From: Selaginella moellendorffii
Lineage: Eukaryota; Plantae; Lycopodiophyta
Direction of reading: 5' to 3'
DNA length: 64,000 nucleotides
NCBI RefSeq assembly: GCF_000143415.4
Contig: NW_003314267.1
Coordinates: 482,908-546,907 of the forward strand
In this document: positions 11,171 to 23,300 of the stretch, piece after piece
Layout of the letters: each line of letters starts with the position of its first letter
Position numbering within the stretch: the first letter of the stretch is position 1
Program-made: the position numbers and the translations under genes
Notes under the pieces: model-generated
Databases searched by the model: none
What the model saw: only the letters and a program-made list of their open reading frames with translations
Told to the model about the DNA's origin: nothing

Positions 11171-14100
11171 AATGAAGAGCCCAACCTCTCACAGACATTG
11201 CATAGAGCAACTTTGGAAGACATGCTTTCAGGAAGAATTGGGTAGAGGTTTTGATGGGCAATGTGCACATGTGGCAAGGAAGGGAAGAGGGTGATATGCA
11301 ATTCTAGGGTTTCATGCTCATGGTGTATAAGCAACACCACAATTATGGTTAGTGAGAGAGAGTGTGGTGATGCAATTTAGCTTTGTAGATTAGGTGTTTT
11401 CTTGCTCTCCATGAAATTGTAGGGAAGTAGTGAGCATCTCAAAGACTTTTACCATGTCCTGATTAGAGACTTCTCTAAAGCTTCATTGCTTACTAATATA
11501 TGGGATTGCAATCTAGTGCCATGGAAGTAGGCATGGCAATGAATGAGCTTGGCAGCAAGCAACTATGAATGAGCCTAGCAATGTAAGGTGCCCAAGCACA
11601 AATGAGCCCTAGCAATGCAAGACAGTTTTTATTGGCACTCTAATTGTAAAATGATCAATTGTGGTTTAAATGTTTAGCATTGGGAAGTAATGAGTGTTTT
11701 TTCAAGAGTAGTATAAGACACAGCCTTATAGGCATGATAAGAGCATAAACCACAATTTCAACAATGCAAAGTTGTAAATTATTAGGAAGAACTATACTAA
11801 GTTTGGGAGATTGATGAGTTTTAAAGTGAATAGCACTATGGCAATAGGTGTGGGTAATACACCCTAAGATATTTGCAAAACACAATTTACATGATGGCAA
11901 TTTATTTTTGGAGCTCTAGCTTTTGTGGCTTGGGTGTCTTCTCCCTCTAGATCTAGTGCTATGGCAATAGACATGGGCATAAATGAGCCTGGTGGTGCAA
12001 GTAAATGAGTTCAAGGCATTTGTCTTGGTGTTATAAGTCATTTCTCAAATTAATTATAACTCTAGGTAAGACTATATGGTTTAAATATTGATATTGAGAA
12101 GTAATGAGTAGCTCTTTAAATGACATGTATTTTCAAGCATAACACAACACTTAGTTATTAAAGAGGTTAGTTTGTGAAATTGTTTTCTTTTCTTTACATG
12201 TTCTTATTGTGTTGTATCTAGAGTAAATGAAGAATCATTGATAAACATAAAAAAAAAAATTTGAAAATATCACTTTCTTTTATATTAATTATTAACTATA
12301 GAACATTTTTTGTTACGCAATGATGAAAGAGGTTTAGAAGTCCTTCCTTACCTAAATACACTTGTTAAATCAATGCTTTAGATTCCCTTTGCCTTCTTTT
12401 TCATCTTGTAAAAGAAGATAAAAAAAACTAAAGAAGAGAAAAGTATTTATTGCATTTAAGATTTTTAAAATTTCAATTATAACCCATATTGTTTAAAATT
12501 GAAACTGCTAGTTTATTAAAATTTAATTTATTAATTAAATTCTCTAAATAAAAAAACATATGATCAAGACATTTAAGGAGTCTATAAAATATATTAAAAC
12601 TTAATTATTTTTAACATTATTGGATATTAATTTGTAATTAAAAAAATTAATTAATTAGAAATATTATTAAACTTAATTTTTCAAGAAAAGTATTCTCCAG
12701 CTTACAAAAATATATAGGTATAAAACCATATAAAACCCTAACTACATTATATATAGAAAATATATATCATTTATAATTTTTGAACAAATATTAAGTTTAA
12801 TTTAATATGCTCATTTATAAACTCTTGAAAATATAAATGCATAAAAAGCTATTATACCCTTTTTAACTTATATAATTGATAATATAATTAATTTAAAGTT
12901 TATTAAAAAAATATAAATTTAAATTAAATATTAAAATTAAATTAAAACCCTATAAAATATGTATATGTTAAACCAAAAAGAAAAATATGAATAAAAGAAA
13001 TAAAGAGTTGCACTATACATCCAAATTATATTATCTACCATTTATAACTTAAAGGAACTACATATTCCATTAAATATTTATTTATTTTAGTTAGAGTACA
13101 AAAAGTGAATAACAATTTATTCCTAAATATAATATTAATTTTTTATAATTGTTTTAAAGAAAACATAAATTATAAATATATGTAGAAAATAAATGAGTGA
13201 ATTATAATTTAAATATTATTTGATAATTTTATATTAATTTACCTATTAGACATAAATTACTTGTGTTGAAAACTTATATAAACATAATATAAAGAAATAT
13301 TTTCTTTTAGATTTGTCAAAATATTAAAAGCAAAATGTAGAGCATAAAGAATTAAATTGATATTCATAATGCCTCTCTTAGTTAAGTATTAAACTATTTA
13401 TTCTATATTTGATAAGGAAAGATTTTGTATTATAATCGAAACAAAATTTCAAAAATATTTAGATTTCCTGAGAATAAATAGTAAGAAAATAATTCTTATA
13501 ATACTCAAATTAGTATTAAAAATAATTTATACCACATTTAGAAATATTTAAGTTTTTATAAAAATATAAATTAAATGACTTAAAGCTATTTAATGTGAGA
13601 AAATTCAAATTAAATAAAGTTTGTAAGTTTATTTAATTTTGAAGTTTTAAAATATTCCTAAAAAACTACAACAATACATAAAATTGAGGAAAAAATTATA
13701 CAAGTCTGCTAAATAAATTTCTAAAACGTTGAACTTAATTTTTTTATAAAAATATACTGAAAAGGCATGTCAAATATAGATAGTCTTTTTAGTGCTTCTA
13801 ATTTAATTAGACTCTTTTTATTCAAAAAATTTATGTAATTGTTTTATCACTATGAACTAAGATTTAGTTCTTTTGTAGTTAATGTTTATATTTACCATTG
13901 ATATGATTAGTAATATAATTTAAAATTAGTAGTAAATATAGAAATCTTAGGTGTTTTACTAAGATTGATTAAAGAAAATTTAGTGATTACTCAATTTTAC
14001 ATGAGCTTATAAACTGTTGTATATACTTTATTTTTATACTAAAATTATAATAATATTTTTAATTTTTAGAATTTCTTCTTGTTTTTAGTATTTTATCAGA

Positions 14101-14354
14101 ATTATCTTTTTTATCTTTTCTATAATGGTCTCTCATAGTTTGATATGGATCACTCTAATTAATGAATATTTAGATAGGTATCTTTAATTTGTTCTAGATG
14201 GCTTAAGGATTTGCCACAGTGTAGCAACCTCTGTGTGCATAGTTATATCTTATGTCTTTCTAGAATGGGGTAGATCAAATAATATATTATAATCCTTAGA
14301 AGGAATTATGGACAGAAAAGCCTTTTAAATTACAATTGAAGCATTATGTAACTT

Positions 14355-14662
14355 TTAGAATTTTGACTTCCCGAAGGTCATCTAACCTAATAATATTAAA
14401 AATGGGGTGCATTTTTGTTCATTAACCCTTTCTTTCTATATTTGAATTTGAATGGATTGTCTTTTGAAGTGTTTTTTTGGTTGTTTATAATCCACCACAT
14501 TTCCTTGTAAATTTATGTAATGAAAATCTTGCAATCTTAGCACTTTATAAAAATAATGTTTTTAGTAGTATTGGGTTGAATGACCTCTCGAAAAGTCTAA
14601 ATTCAAAATAATCTTTTAAATTTAAATTTTTTGAGAGGTCACCGAACCCAATACTTCTAAAA
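14355..14662. mobile_element. Degenerate MITE-like inverted repeats (three related ~45-bp arms)
   Basis: 14560-14605 ttttagtagtattgggttgaatgacctctcgaaaag is inverted relative to ~14620-14662 and to a more decayed copy at ~14355-14400. Confidence 0.55.
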
Positions 14663-15635
14663 CTTAAACATTTTTAATCTCAAGTGTCTAAGGTTAATAA
14701 AAGGCTATGAGTAAGGCTTTTTTTGCCTATACTCACATTCTCACCCCAATCTACAAAACAATGACAAATAAACAGAGATAAAAACATAGAAGAAGAAAAG
14801 AAGAAGATAAAAGAGAATATAGAACTCAATTTTGAACTGAGTAAGGATAAATATATATCACTCTCTCAACTCTATTTTGCACTAACAATCATAGGTCAGA
14901 AAAAAGATGGTTAATTCAATGCAAATGCATACAATAGTGAGTGGGGATTGTTTTTCAGCACGTTTAAGTGTTATTTATATATTACATGATTCTATAATTG
15001 TTCCTAACTGTTTCTCCCCTAAGTTAGGTTTTTCTTCTTTGGATGCTTAAACTTAAGCATAATTTCATTTTGAAACTTCCTTCTTCTACTCTTCCTGGGA
15101 AGATATACAAGATAAAACATTTACCTATATTCATAAACCTTTTTTCTCTATATTTAAGCTTTAATAAATTATCTTTCAAGTTATTCCCTTTAATTGTTTA
15201 TACATCCTTTGCTAGTATTTAGCTAGAAACTCCTCTTGAATGAAGTGTTGTCAAGATAATTCTTGATCATTATCATGAAATCTTTGGCCTCCTTGCATTG
15301 TCTTATTGTTAATCTTGTCACTAATGTTTATACTCAAATAGTTCATTTTTCTTACATACAATTTAGTGAAAAGATAATATAAGTAAAAGGAGAAAAATCT
15401 CAAAATAAATAGATCTTTAATATTATATTGTGAGTGCATGGAATATGGAAAGGGAATACAGAAATGTGCATATTAATTAGCCCAAAAACCCTAGCTTATA
15501 TACAGGAGCAAGTGGTCCGAATTGAAACCAATCCGACGGCTACCAAAATCCCACTATGCTAATATTAGTATATGGCATCGTAGCCGTACACTTGGCCCTC
15601 ACATCATCCCCTCCTCTCGGAATAATGGAAGACCA

Positions 15636-17441
15636 TCAGGGTTCTCTTGTAGATGGGCCAGGATCTGGAGGAACATCAGGAGGAGGCATCGGCGGATCTG
15701 TAGATGGTATTAACCGCTCCTGATCCCTTTGTATGAAGTGTTTCAACCGCTGCACATGCACAATCTCTGGAGGATCGGCCTGCTGGACGTCATGCCAAAC
15801 CTCATAAACTTGTGGTCCAAATTGCCGCAACACCCAATACGGTCCTTTCCATTGTGCAAAGAGCCCCTTAGATAAACCACATACCGTAAGATGGGGAAAA
15901 CGGACTAACACCAAATCATCCACTTTGTACTCCGTAGGTGGACGATGATGGGAGTTGTAGCGCCGTTGTTGTCCCACTTGTACGCGGCCTAAGTGTTCGG
16001 CAGACTCCGCTTGGACAAGTGGAAGAATGCTTGTCAAATATTGATCCCAGGACCTAGCATCTGCAGCTCGTGGCAATCGCGAAGGTAAACCCAGCTCCGT
16101 TGGTAATATTGGATCATGACCATATAGGAGTTTATATGGTGAAGCACCAACAGAACTCTGCACCCCAGTGACATATGCATACCGAAGAGACGGCAAATAA
16201 CCATCTCAATCCGAATGCTGAAAGTTCACATACTTCGCAATCATCCCCTTAAACGTCCGAACGAGCCGTTCCACTAGACCGTCTGATTGTGGATGATAAG
16301 CACTCGTGAAAGTGTGGCGAATCCCCAACCGAGACGTCAAAACATGAAATGCCTCAGCCATAAATGCGGGACCATTATCCGAAAGAATCCGCTCTGGACA
16401 AGAATGCTGGAACACCACTCGATTGAGGAGGAAGTATCCAACAGCAGTTGCAGAGGTGCTAGCAAGAGCACCAACTTCCATCCAACGAGTCAAATAGTCA
16501 GAAGCAATAATAACATACTCATTGCCAGTAGTCTACCGTGGAAAAGATCCCATAAGATCAAATGCCACCAACTCAAACGGACAGGAAACTGCAATTGACT
16601 CCAACCGTCCTTCCGCAGCCCGAGGGGGAGTATTACGAACTTGGCACCAAACGCAGCTACGCACATACCGGATAATATCACATCGCATCTCCGGCCAATA
16701 GAAAGACCTGCGTAGCTTCTCAATTACACGACGATGTCCCATATGCCCACCTAGAACAGGAGAATCATGGTAGGCATGGAGAAACTGTGGAATAAATAAA
16801 GAAGGCACCACCAGCCGTAAATGATCATCAGGATCTGTCCCCACAAAATAAAGAAGGCCATCTTCAAGACGATATTGAGAATGTAAATGCCGGAAAGGCA
16901 AGTCATCAGCAAGTGATGCAGGGTTCTCAAACCCATCTCGAAGCCCTCGAATCCATGGCTCAATCTTTTGAGCCTCACGAACCTCATCAAGCGAAGGTAG
17001 ATCTTGCTCTGCACCTTGTGGACACTAAGCGTCAAGTATAGCAACCACCGACGGCATAGAATCCTCGTCTAGAAAATCCACAGATGCTGGAATGATAGGC
17101 TCATCAGAAACATGAGAAGAGAGTGAAGACGGAAGAGGAGCTCGAGAAAGAGCATCAGCATCAGCCATAGGACTCCCTGGGCGGTGAACAACATCAAAAT
17201 CATATATCTGAAGCTTCAAAGCCCACCGAGCAGTACGACCAACCAAGTTCTTCCACTTTAATAATGAAGTAACAGCAGCATGGTCACCTTCAAGTAACGT
17301 CCGAGAACTATGTAGATATGCATGAAGTTTCTCGAATCCCCAGACTGCTGCTAAACACTCCTTCTCTGTCGTGGAGTAGTTCATCTCCGCTGGTTGTAAT
17401 GTACGGCTTATATATGCAATGGGATGGCGCTGACTAGGCAC
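15636..17441 (-). pseudogene. Ty3/gypsy RNase H-integrase region with in-frame stops
   Basis: RNase H: HPIAYISRTLQPAEMNYSTTEKECLAAVWG. Integrase HHCC: HDSPVLGGHMG..CVWC. Core: VAFDL, ILSDNG, YHPQSDGLVER. GPY/F module: WKGPY. The four ORF pieces share one frame. Confidence 0.92.
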
Positions 17442-17515
17442 ACTCGACGAGCTGACTGCTGACTTCTCGATTAATGTGCATGCACAAGTCCGACAAGATC
17501 TTGACGAAGTGCTGG

Positions 17516-18001
17516 CTACAACATTCCTAGCTTGATCCGCTTCGACATATTTGGTTCCACAAGAAGCAAAAGACTTCGGAAACGAACACCAAATTGCATC
17601 ACCGACTCAGATGGCCCTTGGCAAAGACGATGCAATTGTTGGAAAGCATCATCACAGTTATCGGCATGTTCGAAGGCGCATTTGAAGACATCCGAAAGAA
17701 CACTCCAATCCTCGCGAGTGGCTGCTCCCAAACCGTTGTACCACTGCAACGCTGTCCCTTGGAGACACGTGGGAAACTCACGCAACCGTCAAGCATCATC
17801 CCAAGAATGATATGTGGCAATCATCGTGAAGTGATCAAACCAATGGTACACATCATCCCCAAGATTCCCACGAAAGAACTCCAGCCGAACGCGAGGAGTG
17901 GCACCAAGAGCAAGAGGAGTTGGACCACGTGCCGTGAATGCCACCATCAATTGAGTTTGGTTGTTCAATTGCAAGCGCATAGCATCAAGCAATTGGACCA
18001 A
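17516..18001 (-). pseudogene. Retrotransposon gag (N-terminal/capsid part) with one in-frame TGA
   Basis: LEFFRGNLGDDVYHWFDHF..WDDA*RLREFPTCLQGTALQWY..W..L..F..LCQGPSESVMQF..RF is a Retrotrans_gag-like pattern. Confidence 0.85.
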
Positions 18002-18007
18002 CTACTG

Positions 18008-20347
18008 CTCGAGAGTCAAAGGAGGAGATTGTTGATCTGCCATGGAGACGAATGAAAAAGAAAGAGCAAAAGAAGAGAAACGACAAAAAGCTAGAAGGAA
18101 ATGGTAGATTTAGACAATGCAAAAAGCTAGATCTAAACCAAAATCCTAAAGGAAAGAACAAAAGAAAAGAAATGGAAAAAGCTAGATCTAGACAATGCAA
18201 AAGCTAGATCTAAACTGAAATCCCAAATCCAAGCACTCCCCAGGAACAATCAAAGGTGCCCCTCTCCTCCACCAATGTGAGTGCATGGAATATGGAAAGG
18301 GAATACAGAAATGTGCATATTAATTAGCCCAAAAACCCTAGCTTATATATAGGAACGAGTGGTCCGGATTGAAACCAATTCGACGGCTACCAAAATCCCA
18401 CTATGCTAATATTAGTATACGGCATCGTAGCTGTACACTTGGCCCTCACAATATGCAATTTCTTCTTACAAAGGAAGAATTATTAGAAGTAATATTATAA
18501 GTTGGGTCTTCATTCGGTTCAAATGAAAGACAATTGAAAATATATTTTTAAATGCCTTTGACATAGGATGACTAAGCATGGAAAAAAATTCATAAAATCT
18601 TGGCTACTATGAAAGAGCATCATTGCTAAAGAAATGATGGATAAAGCTATAAAACTTCTTTTTGTAAGGCTTTGAATACTAGATGGTTATTAGGAATTAA
18701 AATTTTTATAAATTAAAGTGTTGTTTTGAACTTCTATAAAAAAATAGGGAGTTGAAAAATCATGCAACATTTTATCATATTGACAAAGAGTTAATTAAAT
18801 ATTTTAATATTTGAGAAACACATTGATGAAGTTGTTACAATTAAGGTGTGGACTATGTAAAGAAAACTATGTACATGCTACACACATCTATATACCTTCA
18901 AAAAGTCATTTGAAGTTGCATGGCATTTTTATTTCAACACATTAGAGTAATCTTGCAACGACATCGTGGCCGTGATATTCGCTGTTGGGCATGTGATGAA
19001 GTTGGTCATACTTATCGGCGTTGTCGGCGTTTTCCGGATTAGCGACCTCCATTTCCTGGGTGGAGACCTTGGCGTCAGCAACGTCCTGTTGGTGCTGCTA
19101 CAATGGAAGGTTTGGACACCGAGATGCATCCGGGAAATGAGGAGTTGCACAAGTAACGGAGGGACCTTGCGTGAATAAGTCAATGACCCCTCCATCTTTC
19201 TTTCAGGAGTATCATCAAGGGGTTCACTCGGCACCAGTTCATCTAATGTTTACTTTCTAAACTCATCTTTATAACAAGAGGTCTCCTATTATTCTTTCTG
19301 TATTGGTTGATACAAGTTCGGAAAACGCTGACAACGCCGATAAGTATGACCAACTTCATCACATGCCCAGCAGCAAATATCACGGCCACGATGTCGTTGC
19401 AAGATTACTCTAATGTGTTGAAATAAAAATGCCATGCAACTTCAAATGACTTTTTGAAGGTATATAGATGTGTGTAGTATGTACATAGGTTTCTTTACAT
19501 AGTCCACACCTTAATTGTAACAACTTCATCAATGTGTTTCTCAAATATTAAAATATTTAATTAACTCTTTGTCAATATGATAAAATGTTGCATGATTTTT
19601 CAACTCCCTATTTTTTTATAGAAGTTCAAAAAAACACTTTAATTTATAAAAATTTTAATTCCTAATAACCATCTAGTATTCAAAGCCTTACAAAAAGAAG
19701 TTTTATAGCTTTATCCATCATTTCTTTAGCAATGATGCTCTTTCATAGTAGCCAAGATTTTATGAATCTTTTTCCATGCTTAGTCATCCTATGTCAAAGG
19801 CATTTAAAAATATATTTTCAATTGTCTTTCATTTGAACCGAATGAAGACCCAACTTATAATATTACTTCTAATAATTCTTCCTTTGTAAGAAGAAATTGC
19901 ATATTGTGAGGGCCAAGTGTACGGCTACGATGCCGTATACTAATATTAGCATAGTGGGATTTTGGTAGCCGTCAGATTGGTTTCAATCCGGACCACTCGT
20001 TCCTATATATAAGCTAGGGTTTTTGGGCTAATTAATATGCACATTTCTGTATTCCCTTTCCATATTCCATGCACCCACATTGGTGGAGGAGAGGGGCACC
20101 TTTGATTGTACCTGGGGAGTGCTTGGATTTGGGATTTCAGTTTAGATCTAGCTTTTGCATTGTCTAGATCTAGCTTTTTCCATTTCTTTTCTTTTGTTCT
20201 TTCCTTTAGGATTTTGGTTTAGATCTAGCTTTTTGCATTGTCTAAATCTACCATTTCCTTCTAGCTTTTTGTCGTTTCTCTTCTTTTGCTCTTTCTTTTT
20301 CATTCGTCTCCATGGCAGATCAACAATCTCCTCCTTTGACTCTCGAG
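18008..20347. repeat. Large inverted duplication: arms 18008-~19036 and ~19319-20347 (~1.03 kb each) around a ~280-bp spacer
   Basis: The arms are near-identical reverse complements; the ORF track shows the same peptide at 17985-18200(-) and 20155-20352(+). A third family-A LTR lies at 19905-20079, followed by its PBS. Confidence 0.95.
18946..19235 (+). pseudogene. Orphan gag C-terminus: CCHC zinc knuckle plus putative gag-pol -1 frameshift site
   Basis: RDIR-CWACDEVGHTYRRC at 18983-19024 is CX2CX4HX4C; G GGA AAT lies in the same frame at 19132-19138, just before the gag stop. Confidence 0.75.
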
Positions 20348-23300
20348 TGTAGCGCACGTGGTTTTGACCCTTTATCCTATGGTGATTTACCATAGGATAA
20401 CACCACGAAGCAGAACCTAAACCCTCTTTGTGCCACGTGACAGATGCCACGTGTCCATGCCACGTGTCCATAGGAACCCGAGGTTCATGGCCTTGGGCCA
20501 CTGAACAAAGGAACGGTGCCAAACTCCCAAGCGTGACGCCAAGGAGTGATGGAACCGAACCACGGAGCAACTCCCGAGCATACAGCCCAAGGAGCGAAGG
20601 GACAGGGGCCTGGAGCGACTTGGAACAGTCCTAGAGCAACCAGCATCCCAATGCCAGGACTAGCACGCAAAACGGAGCCAAACGGAGTCTGGCGCTATTT
20701 CGGCATACCGGTGGCCTAACGCGAAGACATGGGTACTCCACCAGCTAGCATGGAATGGAACTTGGGCTTAGACCCAAGCCGGACGCAGAACAAGGACAGG
20801 CACGCAAGCGGGAGCTAAACTATGCCTCAGGTTGGTTGGCCATGCCCGACCTACCCACTATCCCTACTATACATTTGGAACCCCCCATAGCCCCTCCCCC
20901 CCCTTGAGGAACACACGCTTTGGGCTTTCACCCCAAGCCTCCCTTAGTATCAGGAGTTAGTCTATGGGACAAACTCGAAACTTACTAAATATGGAATGTC
21001 CTTAGATTGCGAATTTGGACACGGGACGAACACCATTGTGTTCAAGCCAATCTCTACATTCCGTAGATATGCCAAAATGAGCAAATCTGGACACTTTCCA
21101 TAAATAGCATTTGGGACCGAAATGAGACTAACACAAAGGGCATGATAGCGAGGGTGTTTGGCAGACACGGTAAGCTATCATGTAGCGATATTGAGGGACC
21201 AATCTCAATACGCGAGGGTTCTTCTCACTAGCCAGTGCAAGACATAACGAGACGGGAACTCCTTACCGGGCTAAGTATGCTTAGCTAATAACACGTAGGA
21301 ATTCCGTCCTTATGCTCGTCCGGTCTAAGTACACTCGAAATGCCCAGTTAACTCCACTAGCACAAGAGGGACTGATAAAGGGTCCAGCAATACCGACCTC
21401 CTGCCGTCGTGGCAGTAAGGTAAGAGTGTCCGTAAGGACTGGTCGACAGGTAACTTTCGATACCCGAAGTCACATTCGCGACACTCTCCCCCCCTTGGGA
21501 AGATCGACGTCCTCGTCGATGCATACTCGAGTCTAGAATACCGCCAAGGAAACAACTCCATAAAAAGTTCACGGTACTCACACTATGTGAGAAATGCACC
21601 AACTTAAATGAGTTAGGGGGAACCTCTTTGTCTAACGCGGATGCGCTACCAGCTCAGACACCTTCCGGCCGTCACCGACAAGGAAATGACCAACGGAGTC
21701 AGCCACCCTTGCTGCTCTGGGAGTCACCCAGCTACAAAAGTGTGATACGCCCTGCCCGCAGAGACATAGAGAGAGAAGCCAGAGGCCCCAACCCTCCTGA
21801 GCAAAGAAACCAAACCCGTCGGTAAGGTTTAGATAGACTACTGTCAACAGGCAGTTTAGAGTTGTTTACACGGTCACGCCCTTTCAACGGAATAAGGAAC
21901 ATCGACAGAGAGGCGGGTTATGTGACCAGTCGACAGTAGCTACCCCATGACTAGAGATTTCAGCATGCACACGAAGTGCCGAAGCCAGTCTGCCTATACT
22001 AGCCCAAACTCAAAGATCAATATATAGGGACTATATCAAAGTCATAAACAATGATATCTTAGAGATTTAATTATCAGTGAATAAAGCTTAGATTAGAACA
22101 CAAAAGTATTCCAAGTAAGTTATCATCCGATAAACTAGTATTACAGTATAGGAACCACCAAGATCATCATAATTTGGCAAACATAGGAATGACCATCCAA
22201 CAAAATTCAATAGCTAGTATATCATCAAGGAAATTCAATGATGAAACTTAACTATTGAAGATAGTAGACAGTAAGCCAACAACTTACTAAAGAGAACTCA
22301 AAGAACACAAAGTATCATTGACTAACAAGCACAATACTCGCGAATGTATCACCCAAAGGAAATAACATCCAAATCTATCAAAACTAACTTGAGCAACAAT
22401 CAACAAATCAAAATGAATGTTGCAAAGCAAACAAACACTTGTTCATATCAACTATTGCACTAGCAAATCTGAATAGATCTCAATCAACAATACCAAGGAA
22501 CCAGAGTTGCTCAAGCAAGTGTTAGCAACATCCTACTGATGTCTCAAACCCAAGACACCAATCCAGAGCAAACCACAAAGAACATGTGGTATTGCGAAAA
22601 GCCAAAAGCCATCAAAGAGAACAACTAACTATCATGAAAGATCATCAATCATCCCATTAATAAAGAGATGCATAATCGTCATTGAAGAAAGAATCCACCA
22701 TCCGGAACAATGGCAAATCTTTTTAGATCAATGATAATCAAGCAAAACCTTCGACAAGGATAATCAACTTTCCTAGATGATAGTCAATCATCACCAATGA
22801 TTGCTAGATGCAAAAGCAAACTTCAACATCGAAGCTAATGAGCCAAAATGCCTTCCCCAACAACTTCTAACAAATGGAACAATGAGCATAAAACTCAAAG
22901 AACCAAAGCTCGAAGAAGCCTATAGCTAAGTCTTGCCTAATAATGATCACGAGTCTCGCATGAACTAACGTCAATGCTAAAGAGAAATCATGGTATAACC
23001 CACGACATCCGCTTTAACACATCCATAAGCTATACTTCATAATGCAAAGCTAATGAAGAGCAGATTTGCATCACTCAAAAGCCAAGCACAATGGAGCTAT
23101 GCTCAACAAATGATCATCTAATCGATCCTCCATGAATCCATCTATACCAAGACGTAGCTCACATCGTAACAAGCACAAGGGGAATCATCAATGATCAATA
23201 TATTCGAATTCAAACCCAATAAGGATTCAAACTTCCCAATATTGATCACTAACTCTTTTGCTTGTAGAGTTAGCATAGTCCACGACTAAATCACTTTTCA

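Larger units (their letters stand above)
15429..18450 (-). mobile_element. Ty3/gypsy LTR retrotransposon (family A), internally deleted and non-autonomous: gag + RNase H + integrase, with no protease or RT
   Basis: 175-bp TG..CA LTRs at 15429-15603 and 18276-18450 (7 transitions between them); ATAT target-site duplication; PPT at 15604-15618; PBS TGGTGGAGGAGAGGGGCA next to the 5' LTR. Confidence 0.93.

Noticed and set aside
12000-14300. Very AT-rich tract that might be organellar DNA or a Helitron
   Set aside because: No organellar gene remnants and no clear TC..CTRR ends with a hairpin were identified.
20428-21847. Short ORFs recurring at 20-21 kb, 26-27 kb and 32-33 kb
   Set aside because: They recur only because the LTRs are repeated; they are not preserved in the diverged copies.
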